Shown piece after piece: positions 1-12,600 of a DNA stretch of 64,000 bases (position 1 is the first letter of the stretch; the number at the start of each line of letters is the position of its first letter). The DNA comes from the human T2T-CHM13v2.0 reference genome, Homo sapiens. The notes under the pieces were generated by a model. It had not been told where the DNA came from and did not search any database. It saw only the letters and a program-made list of their open reading frames with translations. A program made the translations under genes and the position numbers. The stretch is taken from NCBI RefSeq assembly GCF_009914755.1, contig NC_060929.1, one strand, 5' to 3'.

Positions 1-77
1 CCTATTCACATGGTATCCTGTAATTGTGATTAAGCTATTCCATGTCCAACACCACAACTGAAGTTTTACTCAGGTTT

Positions 78-116
78 TGATGATGATGATGATGATGATA
101 ATGATGATGAGGAGGA
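78..116. repeat. (GAT)n trinucleotide microsatellite grading into GAG
   Basis: tgatgatgatgatgatgatgataatgatgatgaggagga read directly. Confidence 0.9.
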
Positions 117-2607
117 CAATGTTGATACTTTAGGATGTAACATAAATGTATCCAGATCGATTGATAAATAGATACCACTATAGATATAGTTATACATATA
201 GAAATAAAGTAGGGAAAAATTTTGTGCTTATATATTCCTATGAGCTATATACAAAGACAATTTATTTTGATCAAATTTATTCATGTTTACCTTCAGATAA
301 TAAAGTAAAGAAAATAACGAGGAGTAAGACCACATAAGCAATCAATGACTATTCTTGACTTAAATACCTAGGTCAATGCTTATTTTCATTTTCTAGAAAA
401 TAATTGTATTATTTTCTTTTTAAATATAGGTACATACTAGTAAAATTACAAGCAGTAATTATAGGTCTTCCTCTTCTGCAAGTACATTACTACTTTATAA
501 AAAACCCAGTCAAAGAGGCTTGATATTTGGTGAATACGTATGTTACACAAAGTAAAAATGAATTGTTTTAGAATGTATAAAAAAAATGTAAACAAATTTG
601 TCTCTTTGAACTTCCAATGAACCCACTGAAAAATGCATTCAATGACCAGAGTTTGCTGGTATTAGTTCTCTGCTTTTCTTGTAGGCAGCATATTTACATT
701 TAAGTTTTACAAAATGCAAAAATAACAATAATTCAGCCCCTGGTTTCTTTGTGTTGAACACCAGAGGATTCTGAAAGGAATTTTTCCTTGAGAAGGTTAA
801 ATGTATGAGTCATTAGAGTTTACTTGTAACTGCAAAGTAATACATTTTAGTTTAAAAATGATATCTTGCCTCAAAAATATTGTTTAAAAGATTTCATGCA
901 GATTTTGTAAAACATTTGCTATAATTCATGTCAATATGTAAACATTAAATGGCATTCATTTAAAAATGATTCATTTTCAATGTCATCTTATAACCCTTAA
1001 TGTAAATTCACATCTGTTTCAATGCTTCCAAGTGCAATGTTCACTTGGAAAAACGTCTAAAGCCAGAAAACATTGTGTACTATAGAACAATAATTCTCAA
1101 CATGACCACAAGGTGGCTCTCAACACCGAAATATGTTATTTTCCCTCTGGACAAGTGAATAGAATTTTACCAGAAATATTAGCAGCAATTTACCCTATAA
1201 ATGGGTCAATACTTCAAAAACGTAAATTCATCTCAACCCTCTGATCACGTTGTGAAGCCTAATTTATATTGTTTTAAACTTCAGACATTCAAAAAAACAC
1301 ATCAAATGGTTGAAAACCTTTAAAGAATTTGAAGGATTTTGAAAAGAAATGATTATTTCAGTAGTCTGCATAATTAATTATTCAATAACCATTTCTTGGG
1401 CTTTAAAAATTAATTTCTCCTCTAATTTTGCACAATGTTATTCTCACTTTACTTCCAACTAAATGAAAGCAAAATAGATGCAAGTTAAACTTTTTCTCTA
1501 GTATGATTAAAGAATGTGAAACTTAAAGAGAAAGTATGTCAAAGTTTTTAGCCTTTGTAAAGTCCAATTCTAAAAGTATATATACATTTAGATGATCAAT
1601 TATACTAAATGTAAAATGTGTGTAATATTAATAGAATATTTTAAATTAGCCATCCTGATGAATAAGCCATGAGGTTAAATTATTTTGCCAAATATTATAG
1701 TGAAGTTGTGAAAAAAAACAATCCTATAAAATGGCCACAGCATTTAATCAAGATGATAAGAAAAAGATAACTGTGACTCTGATTAAGCAGATAATACATG
1801 ATTAAAGAGATAATAAATGTAAATATATAGCTATGGCAAATACGAGCATTATCTTTACTATGCTCACCAAAGTATAACTTTCAGCTAGGTTTAGGAGTCT
1901 CTATTATAGCTTACCTCATCTTTACAAGTTATTGGACAAGATGAAGTGCTAAGTATGCCCTACCAGTATGTGAATGTATAAATAATATATTAATTATCCC
2001 TGAGCTATAAATAAAACTGAAAGAAAAAAACTGTGATATAATCCTGGATTTTTAAAATAAAGCTTTTAAAAACGTATTTATGAACCCATATAAATGTATA
2101 TTTTATGACCTCAATGTATGTTTTCATGTGTTTATGTAATCCGTAGAAACCATTCCAGATGCTTTTTAAATTAACATATAAATAGAGCCAAAAAAGGAAA
2201 AAAAAAAACAGAAACAGTGGTTTCAAATTGATCTTCATATCACCTTGAATGTGAAGAATGAAAAGAATGATCTAAATAAAACCTGTTAAATTTTTCACAT
2301 TTTGCAGCAGGTTCTATGTCTTCATCAGACAGTTTCAGGGACCTCGTCTAGGTAATCGGTAGTCCACTGACCTTTCAGCTTGTAATATAGACTGCAGAAT
2401 TATTCTTGAGATTTATAGGTATCAAAACGTTAATGGAATAATTTCTGTAATGCACTGCCTCTGTTCACCATTCTTTTTCTAATTCTCATTACTCTGACCT
2501 CAAGAAGGAGAATCTGAGAAAGGAAACATTACTGCAGTGTATTCAGAAATGGCTCATGTTTCACCTGAGTGAGTTTATGTGGCTCATGGACCTCACAACA
2601 GTTAGTC

Positions 2608-2911
2608 TCACTCTTTCTTATGCTTTTTTCCTCCTCTCGAGTCTTTCCTATCGTTTTCAAAATTCGTATCCATCAATTCCCTACTTCATGCAATGCCTCT
2701 CTGAGAATGCAATTTAAGTTTTCAGGTTACATTCAAGTCTTTATGCAACTGACATTTTCACTCTTTCTTATGCATTTTTCCTCCTCTCGAGTCTTTCCTA
2801 TCGTTTACAAAATTCGTATCCATCAATTCCCTAGTTCATGCAATGCCTCTCTGAGAATGCAATTTAAGCTTTCAGGTTACATTCAAGTCTTTATGCAACT
2901 GACATTTTCAC
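2608..2911. repeat. 150-bp direct tandem duplication (2 copies)
   Basis: ctctttctta at 2611 and 2761; copies differ at 4 positions; TCAC at 2608, 2758 and 2908. Confidence 0.95.
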
Positions 2912-2950
2912 AATCATTAGAGAATGAATATATTTATAAAAGTTTTATAT

Positions 2951-3008
2951 TGAGCCCTTTCCAATTACAATCATAGACTTATGAGCCCTTTCCAATTATA
3001 ATAATAGA
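2951..3008. repeat. 31-bp-period tandem duplication
   Basis: tgagccctttccaattacaatcataga (2951) vs tgagccctttccaattataataataga (2982). Confidence 0.85.
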
Positions 3009-3284
3009 TAAGTCAACTGTGTGCCTGGAAATGTTTTGGTTCAAACTCCCACTTTTCCAAAAATAAAATTCAGAATGAAGAATTTATTACATTGTCCGTA
3101 GAATTAGTAAGAGAATTAGACTTAAAACACCAAGAATTTCTCACTTCAAGTACAAAATTATTACATAATACAAGTTAAAATATTTAAATATTTTAAAGTT
3201 GTAGCCCTAATGATATTAAGTGCTGTGGTAAAAATACAACACACTCAATATTCATTAAGCATAGGTCACATGAATTAACATCTA

Positions 3285-3527
3285 ATAATAATACAAATGA
3301 CAGTAATAGATAGCACTAGAACACCTATTGTGTATTAGGCATTGTTGTTAGACACTATAGTAATTGCTTATTTTAATCATGACAATTGTCCTATGATGTA
3401 AGTATAATTATTAACCCCATTTTACAGATAGAAAAAACTACCAGTGACATTAAATATGAAACATATGGTAAGTGGCACAGCTAGGATTTAAATCCAGACA
3501 GTCTGGTGCCACGATCCATGCTTTTAT
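3285..3527 (-). mobile_element. MIR SINE
   Basis: Reverse-complement MIR core ccccattttacagat and gtaagtggcacagctaggatttaaatccagacagtctgg. Confidence 0.8.
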
Positions 3528-3786
3528 CTGTCAAAGGACCTTGTGAGAGCACTTACGTTAGGTTGATTGCATTTTCTAAGAAAGGAAATCTCAGTGCTTC
3601 TAGAATGTAGGCTTATCACTGTGCAGTCTCCTATTAAACATGACCTTCCTCTGGTGTCCTCACAAAAACAGACTATTATATAGAAGAGTCTTTTTCACAG
3701 TGACCAAGTTTTAAACACAGTGGCTTCTATGAAGTGCTTATTTTCATTACTTTAGGAATAAGGAAGCTCCTGTTCGTAAAAATTTT

Positions 3787-3890
3787 CTGTATACCAAACT
3801 CCCATAACACACAATATACCTATATAACAAACCTGCACATGTACCCCTGAACCTAAAATAAAAGTTAAAAAAAGAAAGAAAACAAAAAAA
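3787..3890 (+). mobile_element. L1 3' end fragment with poly(A) (older L1PA type)
   Basis: acctatataacaaacctgcacatgtacccctgaacctaaaataaaagtt followed by an A-rich tail. Confidence 0.85.
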
Positions 3891-4404
3891 TTAGCAATAG
3901 AAATTTGGGATACATTTGGCCTCCTGATACATAATTCTCCTGTAGGTTTCTTGATGGGGATGGGTATATTAGTCTCAACTTTGGGCCCTTGCTTTATCCC
4001 ACATAGTCCCCTGTGTCTGCAAGATGATAACTGGCTGTTGCAAATTTGAAGTGCACCACGGATCACCAACCAAAAGGCTGCTCCTAAGGGAAGCACCAAT
4101 TCAAAATCCATTCTCAGGGATTGACTAAAGAAATCTTAGGCTACACAAAAATGTTATCTTGAACCAAACTGTTAACTCTGATATTTTCTTTAATGATATG
4201 GTATGGCTATAAATGCAACAATGCAGCTTTAAAAATATAGATAAGTGAGATCCTTATATTAGTCACTTTAAAAGCACCTAGTACTTATCTTTCTTGTATT
4301 TATCAAAGCTGGAATATAACAAGTCATGTGATTATTCATACAATGGCTCACAGTAGCAGAGACTTTTGTTTCTTTCTCCCTCTTTCCCTGTCTTCCCAAG
4401 TTTG

Positions 4405-4497
4405 TCTTTCTGGATGCTTGCACAGTGTCTGGCTTATGGTAGGCACTTAAATAATACTTGGCAAATGAAGGAATGAAAGAACGGATGAATAAATAAA
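4405..4497 (+). mobile_element. L2 3' end fragment
   Basis: gcacagtgtctggcttatggtaggcacttaaataatacttggcaaatgaaggaatga resembles the L2 tail. Confidence 0.6.
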
Positions 4498-7427
4498 ATG
4501 CTTTTGAGGGGTTTCTTCAGCAGTATATCTAATGGAAGATGAAAACTTAAGACTGTGGTAGGTGGAGGAATACATGACTGCCCATGATGTTCTACCATCT
4601 AATTCTACTACTATTTCATAAAAATGGAAACATTTAGAGCACAACTACTGATATTTCCATTGTAAATTATATTACATTTAATTATAAATATCTCAGATTA
4701 GAACCTGCCTCTTCTCAAGGACAAAATTTGTACTAAATTCATCCTTGTATCTCCAGGTGTGACAGAAGGGAATGCGTCACAGTAACTTCCCCCAAAATGA
4801 GTGAAATTAATTAGGAGCTAAAGAATAATTGAGCAAATTATTGTATAGATAACAGGATACCAGTTAAATTAATAACAGAAGCTGCAAAATAAAAAGTATA
4901 ACACATATAATAATAAATAGCAACATATGATAGCCTAAAATCAAAAGAGAGTTATTTAATGATTGTGAATTTTGAATTCATAGTACTGAGCCCCTAAGTA
5001 CTATCAAAAATTTCAAATTTCCCTAAGGGTGTTTCTGGAAACAGCGGTTCCTATGCAAAGTTTCATTTTGCTTTAATGAAGTACAAGGCTCTCCCTCATC
5101 CACACTTTTTTCTTCTTCGACCTACCTAGAAACAGGCTTGATCTAGCCTCTACTTATAAAGCAAAGTGATTAATTTCATTGCTCTTAAGTCAAGATTATG
5201 GTTGCCATTCATCTATTTTCTCATCTCCACTGGGCTGGATTTCAGATTTCATACTCTATATGATGGCAAATCTAAGTCCAAGGGGAGAAAAAAAATTAGT
5301 AAAGAAAATATTTTTCTCAACTTAGATTTTAGGAGTATTTCATTTCTGCCGTTTTTTTAAGTATCGATAGCAAGTACTTATGCCTATTCCCAAGTTAGTG
5401 AAGGCTTATTAATTAATTTTTAAAATATTATGTAGAACTATCTAGTATTAACTATTGAAAATTAGGATATATATTTTAAAAGACAGTTAGCTAGAAGACA
5501 AGAAAGTCTCAGAAAAAGTAGAGTTCTCATTTATCATTTTTAATTGCATACAGCAAGAAGGGGGGGAAGTCACTTCTTTAGTGTAGAAATTCTGTAGAAA
5601 ACCTCCACTCTTCACTCAGTAGTTGAAAACAAAAAAAGGAAAAAGAGACAAAGTGACAGTGCCTCTAAGTATATGTCTGTGCTTAGGATTCATTTTTTAA
5701 CTCATCTCCAAAGGAATAACTAAAGTCTTGGTTGAGGGGGTAGATAAATAAAGATTTTCTGTAAGTTTCTACTCATGGAGAAATATTCAAATTTAGGGAG
5801 CCAAATGCAGGCAGAATAAATCTGCATGTTGCTGTTTTTCACTCTTCAGGGACTACATGTTGAAAAATCACTCTGGTGACAAAATATGGTTCAAGACTAC
5901 AGAGCAGGACTAACCCCCAACTTATAATGCTTTAAGAAGAAGTCAAAAAAGAATAGAAAATATATTATAGTTGACTAAGCTAATAGATAATCATTGGATA
6001 ATCAGCTTCTTATTTGATGTAATAAGTTGACATATATTTTACTCCAATAGTTTCTTTTCTTCAGGTCATCACCAAAGCAAATCAATATCACACTGTTGGT
6101 TTTGAAAGTATGTAATTCATGTTTTTGATCTTATTAGCAATAGATTTAAACGACTTGAGTTAGAGGTATAAAAATTTTAACGTTTTGGTTTATTTAAGGA
6201 AAATATTTTATATAAAATAATTGATAAATACACTTTAGAGGTTGAAGATTTATATGGAAACACAAAACCCTTAAAATTCCTCAGGTAGCTAAATATTTTC
6301 AAATCTATCAAAAAATAAGCCTACTAATTTAAAATTTACCTTTAGAAGACAAATTATTTGGAAACATTATGGTGCCTCATTTAAATTTGAAGTTCGCTTC
6401 AGTAATTATGAAAATATTCCTTAATTCAGAAGTCCCAGAATTTACAATGGATTCAAAGGAAGTTTATTTGACTTAATTTTATTGAGAGTGGAGCTATATT
6501 TTTACGAAAGGAGAAACAGTTACATTTTAAAAGTTTGTATTAATATTATGTACAAAATTTACTCCAAATTTTCCAATTACTAGGGCAAATATATGGGCTG
6601 CCTTTGATCTATTCAGATAATGATATTGAATTTCAACTTTAATTCTTGTATTTATGCATATTACATTAACCATAGAGAGAATTCCCAGTATAACTCAAGG
6701 TAGAATATTTAATGTATTCAGCTTATTGATTATTTCATTTTGTTACATATTATGCCTACCTCAATTATTGTTACAGTTTCTGTTTCCCAAATTTCCAACT
6801 GGAAACAAAAGCAATGGTAGTTCTTTACAACATTTGCTCATTATATACCAGATTTCATTTTTAGATTCTAAACTGGTAATACTTGTTTCTTGCAGCAAAG
6901 AAGAATCAACATGTCTAATGAAACATTGCTTTCTAGAAACATGTAATTTATGTTTATTTTAAAAATCAGGGCTCTGTCAAACCATTTCAATATCCTCTCT
7001 TATAGTAAATCAGTAAAGATTCCTAATCAATAACTTATGCATTGAGCATAATAATTCATGTCTGTACATTCTACATTCTGATAATTTGGAGGAGTCATTT
7101 CAATAATAAGTGCTGAATTCCCACACTTGGCTTGCTAGTGCAGTAAACTACACTGGTGCCAATTTCAACTCCTTAGAAGCCTCAGTGTTATAAAATTTAT
7201 AAAAGAGTTGCTTTCATTTAAAAGAATAGATTCTAGCCAACTGAACTGTCATATACTTTGTGCTATAATGCAAAGGATAGTGTAATAAATATAATGTATA
7301 ATGTGGCAGATGATAGAATACTGGCCATAAAAATCACAAGATTTACAGAAATATAACTTTACAACAGGGCAATTTTTTTTAAAGCACATGGGAAATTTAA
7401 TCAAGGAGTTTTGTAATTGTTTTAAAT

Positions 7428-7521
7428 GAGGAAGGAGAGAAAAGGAAAAAAGAGAGGGAGATGGAAATAGATATAGATTTGCAGAAAGAGAGATGGGGTA
7501 GAAGAGAGAGAGAGGGAGAAG
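7428..7521. repeat. GA-rich low-complexity tract
   Basis: Purine-rich gaggaaggagagaaaagg...agagagagagagggagaa. Confidence 0.65.
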
Positions 7522-10219
7522 ATGACCTGCTAAATTTATGGGGATCAGCAGGGCTCTGAAGTGTTTAGAAATGTCATTTATTGCTGAATTTCCTGTTGTG
7601 AAGCAATGTTGTATTATATCTTATAGTCTATTGTTTAATTCTGTCCTGAATCTTGAAATGTCATTTAACTTTAATTTATATCATCACATCATATAGAGTA
7701 TGTTGAATCAAGACTACTTTCTTGAAAAAAAAAAAGAAAAGATTGAAAATTGAAATCATGTGATTTCGTAAAGTGCTTATAATGTTTCTGACAAACTCTC
7801 TAAGGATACGAAACCCTTTACTGAAAGGCATTTTTATATGAAGGCATTTCAATCTCCCACAGGCAGGCATTATTTTGAAGGAATGCTACATTTTATTTCC
7901 TAAAATGATGTAAAATGTGATTTTATTGTATTCCTTCTTATTTAATTTGCAGCTTTCCCTTTCTTTAGTTCCATAATGTTTAACCAATGTCTCTTAAAGT
8001 GTATAGGTCATCACATACATTGCCAGAAAGAAATCAGATAAAAATATAAAGAAACTGATGAAAATAAAGCACTTTCATTCTTAAAAAAATCAAGAGTTAC
8101 TTTTTTGTGAGAAGTTGCATTGATAAGAGAGTTAAGCAAAAGTTGTATTAATAATTTTTAAACAGGTCAGATTATTTCAACTCATCATTGTTAATATTTC
8201 ATTAAGAATAATACATTCCCAGAAATCTACAAATTTAATGTGATGGGTCTTATTTTTTGACAATATGTGTCTACAGTTAGTTCAAGTGAGTGATGACAAG
8301 AAGGTATGGGAAAAGCAAAATGGACTTATACGCTTTAGGTGCCCTTCTATTCAAGAAAGACAGGAGAAATGGATTATAAAAGGGCTCAAGGGCTCATACT
8401 AAAATGTCAAGTGAGGTGAGACTGCTCTACAGTCAGAAAAGAAGAGGGCACAGGCGACCCAGAGCTGATATTGTTATCTTAGAAAACAGGCATTGCTTGG
8501 TAATTGTTTGAAATTGTTTCTTGTTCTTATGCATGAAAAAAAAATCTGTAATTTTGAAGGTTGAACTTATTGGGGTAAATGCAGAAAATTATATGAATGC
8601 TCCGTGAATATCATCCAAAGGTTTCAACTAGAAAGGAAAAAGGCAGATTTTCTTTTAAATTTAGGACTTGTATTTTTTCTGTAGATTTCAGATTATTGTA
8701 ATTATGACAAAACAATATATTTTTGTGAACTCATTGGTCTGTGTAAGTGTCAAGAAAAGATAAATAGATTTGTCTGTGCTAACTTTCAGTTTTTCAAATA
8801 TGCATCTATAGTGTCATTCCGAGAACGCTTCTTTTTACTACTTAAAATATCATAATATGAACCATATATTGTACTTAGTATAACGCTTAATCAATTTTAC
8901 CATTGCTCAGTATACGTTTAAGAAGGATGAGGAAATGTTTCTTGCTACTTGGTTTTTAACTTCAATCTATTCCAGACATGACTGTTAAATACAATATGGT
9001 TAGTAAGTTGTCTCTTTTGAAACCCTATTCCAGATAATATGTTGGGTTAATTGAAAGTAGAGTTTTCAAACATAGACCTGAAATTTAGAGATCAAATATC
9101 TGCATAAAATTACTTATAATTGGCATAAATAATTTTACTGTTTTTCTATTTATAATTTCAGTATTTTACAAGTACTTCTAATGTGACAGCAGTATTAGAA
9201 TGTAATTTGCATAGTAGAAATCAGAATATAATATGGCTAATGCTTTTAATACCCAAGGGCTACACTAGAGATAGTTGGGTTTGCATCACTGGTTTGTATT
9301 AATTGCTTACTATGAAACACTATTACTGATAATAACACTTAACAAGAATATGGTTCACTTTGCTGCTGATTCAGCATCATCAGAGCCAATACTGCTGCTG
9401 TGCTGCAGCCTAGTGGAATGATTTGGTATAAAAATGACATATTCCAGTAAGACGTGTTATCACTTACTGCAAAGTAGGTTAAGAGACATAGGAAATCAGT
9501 CATAAGCACAGAAATCCCCCAGATAGTATATACTTTGCCTCAGTTATTTGCTTATATAAAAAATTAAGTAAAGGTCAAGAAATTCACCCTATTTTTTATG
9601 CAAGATTCATATATTTTGGAATTAACCTTTCCAGTTTCAAGTAGTCTATTTTTCAACAAGAAAAAAAACATACCTCTTCCAGATTACACTAACTTTGTAA
9701 ATAATGTGTCAGAAATATCACTCTAAATTAAAATCAGTTTTGTATCCTCTCTTTTTCTTTTTTAAAGAAAATCCCAGTGTGGGTAAAAATCTAACAATGA
9801 AATATTAAATTGATTACCTGCATAGCACTGTTCTAATTAATAAACAGTTTCTATAAACATCAAGGAACATCACCTAGAGCATTAATCAGGTACCAAACAA
9901 TTTAACCATTGACTTCACACATATGCATATGTAGGTGGATGCTCATACAGTTTACCTTCTTTTTTCCCATTTCCCAGAGATTTTGGTTTTGTTTGTTGTT
10001 TTTTTTCCCCCAAACCTTTAAGTGTATGAAATTCTATTCTTTGATTGAAGTCAGGGAAGGCGTATGCATTCACCAGAGAAGTCAATTTGTTCACAGCAAG
10101 TATTTGAAACCCAAGAAGTATCTGATTTAATGAAAGCAGACATTGACTCACACTTTAATAACACAGCCAAAAAAAAAAAAAAAGTGAAAGAAGTATTTCT
10201 TTATATTTTTATCATCAGA

Positions 10220-10500
10220 ATGGGTTTGCATCTGACGTGTCCCTAAGGCACAGATCCACGCTGTTTACACCTGTGCACTCTCCAGTCTCTTCACCACATC
10301 CCTCCCCAAATAAACCATTACTTCCTTATGCATTGCACATTGAATACATATGTGCCACATTTAGTACACTGGGGCGAGCGGGGGGCAGATTATCTATGCG
10401 ACTTAGCATTTACCTGTGTTTCTAGGACATAACCTCTTTCTTTCTTCTTCATCACTTTTAACTAAAAATGAACATACGGCTCTGTCAATGACATAATGTT
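10220..10500. promoter_or_regulatory. Candidate intronic cis-regulatory element
   Basis: Retained CpGs in AT-rich unique DNA; TGACGT (10233), forkhead TGTTTAC (10262), E-box CACCTG (10268), GC box ggggcgagcggggggc (10371), inverted TGTCA/TGACA pair (~10483); motif-level evidence only. Confidence 0.4.
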
Positions 10501-11785
10501 TTCATGAAAGTTCTACTAATTAAAAATCCTCACCATACCAGACCTAAAAAATGAGCACACTCTTGCCAAGTGTTATTCACCACAGAGAAGCTCTTGTAGC
10601 TACGTTTTAAAGGAAGATAGAGAGGGGGATGGTATGGAGGGAGAAAGTCTACTAACATATGCATTGAAGTATAACAGTTGTCAACATCAGAAGGACAGAT
10701 TATTTTTAATACAGATCCTTCAAGAAAAAAAAAAGAGGAGAAAAAATAATGTATCTCCAAAGAGCTGAGAAGTAATGGATGTGCAGTTTTGGATAATAGA
10801 AGCTTTCACTGGAATGAAGGAATGAAGGACCACAATTACAGGAAACATCTGTTTTTTCAAAGCAAAAGATGATAGGTCATTTTTAAAACAATATTTGTCT
10901 TTGTACCTGTAGACTCCCCTTTTTTCATAATAAGGAGACAGTAGGTTTTTATTTTAGTGGCATAAAAACAATTTCAGACTACTGCTTTTGCCCATAGTTA
11001 CAGTGCTATCAATAGTTACTTGTTGGGGACATGCATTTATACTTGCAATATGCTGCATTAATTTAACACCACATAAAATATGGATTTTATTGCAGCAGAA
11101 ACAATAAATGCTGCAACTGCTGACTACATGCATTTACTCTCCCTCTCTTTACCTCTCTCCCCCCAATACTTCTGACTCAGATATAAAATTGAAAATAAGA
11201 ATTCTGCCTATTCTATTTCTGATGAATGTCAATCTATTGTATTTATGTAGATGCTTAGTGACCATTGACAGTTTCAAGGAATCTGTCTTCTGCCTGTCAT
11301 TTCTCTTTATATTGAACGTACAATGAACTATGACTACGAATAAGTGCAGAGTGAATCCATTCATATGGAATGCAAAGTAATGTTAGATGATGTTAGAGTT
11401 CACAGTAACAATGTTATCTCTTGAACTGATTTTTAAAATAAAAATGAACAAGTCTGGGCATGACAAATTCACTTCATAACATATTTTTTAGCATTTGTTC
11501 CAAGTGAATGAATTCACAAACTCTAATATCATGACCCACTGTTGAGCATAATATATAATTTATCCAGCTTTACATTGCCTATATAGATATTCGAAGCAGT
11601 TGTTTCTAGAATTAAATATATAGAGTTGTATGCTTATTTAAGTATTAAAGATAATTATTTTGAAATAATTGCTAAACACAACTTAAAAACAAACATTTAT
11701 CTCCTCCCTCTCCCCCCCCACCCCTCAAGTGGAGGAATATATAATACCTTAACGGAGTTAAAAGAAAGAGGTGAAGTCTTCCTAC

Positions 11786-12170
11786 CTTTTTTATCAGCTT
11801 CTGGATAATGGAAGTTGGTTCCAGCCAAAATAACCCAGGAGAAATTGTCACTATGTCCCCTTTTTGTTTGTTTTCGGCTGTTATTTTCTATCACTGATTC
11901 TACTTCAATCTAACTCAAGCTCTTTCTCAGCATCACTTTTAACTCTGGACAGCAGGGAACCGAAGAAAACGGGGGCGAGCTCTCTCTGATTGGCTTTCAT
12001 TCAGTGCTTCTGATTAAGGGGAAAGGAAAAAAAAAAAAAAAGGAAAGGGGGGAAAAAAGCTCTTCCTCACACGGAGAGAAAGGTTCTGCTGATAGAGCTG
12101 CAGCACTCGCCATGGGAAGGTTAGAGACTGTGGAAGTGCTGGCTTCTGCGAGCACACAGCGATTTGCAAG
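11786..12170 (-). other. CDH10: Probable non-coding first exon (5' UTR) of a minus-strand gene, tentatively cadherin-10
   Basis: Minus-strand donor AAAAAAG|GTAGGA at 11786/11785, downstream of a CpG-rich promoter with GC and CCAAT boxes. The 5' end is estimated. The gene name comes from recollection of the 5' UTR text and of an HML-6 provirus just upstream of CDH10; it is unverified. Confidence 0.55.
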
Positions 12171-12600
12171 TGAATGCGAGGGGAGGGCGCATCCGAGAGG
12201 AGGGCTTTGCTTGAAAGGCGTCCCCTCCCCCGCAGGGCAGAAAGACTCTCTGTTTCAAGGCTAAGGTAATCAGCCCAATCTAATCCGCCTGTGTCCGTAA
12301 TACAATCTCAGGAACAGGACTGCTTCTTGCAATTTTTTTTAAAAAAAGATAGTTCTTCTGGAATATATATTCCTGCACCGTCCTTACACCAGACTACCGA
12401 AATCCAAGTATTATCAGAGCGCCAAGTCAAATTGCAACCAGATTTGATATGTTACCAGAGTGATTTTTCGTTGTGATTTTAAATGTTTATTTTTTGCTTT
12501 CAGGGAACTTTCTCGGCTTGATTTTCCAAATCCCTTCTCTTGTTGCTTATTGTCACAGGAGTGCATACCTCGCTCATCATTTTGGAATGTCCGCGAGCCA
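11950..12600 (-). promoter_or_regulatory. CpG-enriched promoter region with two CCAAT (NF-Y) boxes and GC boxes
   Basis: About 20 CpGs in ~650 bp against a CpG-poor background; ctgattggc (AGCCAATCAG on the minus strand) at ~11986-11995; CCAAT at 12275; gggagggcg at 12181; cccctccccc at 12222; TAATCC at 12281. Confidence 0.7.

Noticed and set aside
2569-2976. 135-aa ORF with an internal 50-aa repeat
   Set aside because: Produced by the 150-bp duplication (a multiple of 3); non-ATG start; no protein family resemblance.
4051-4070. gcaccacgga resembling a REST/RE1 site
   Set aside because: Only the central 10 nt match; both flanks deviate from TTCAGCACCACGGACAGCGCC.
11925-11955. Split RE1-like halves tcagcatc...ggacagc
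   Set aside because: The 12-nt spacer and mismatches do not fit canonical or common non-canonical RE1 spacing.
12004-12264. 86-aa plus-strand ORF as a protein-coding gene
   Set aside because: Starts at GTG, includes an A-run-derived poly-Lys, and has no recognisable domain; kept only as a possible antisense sORF.
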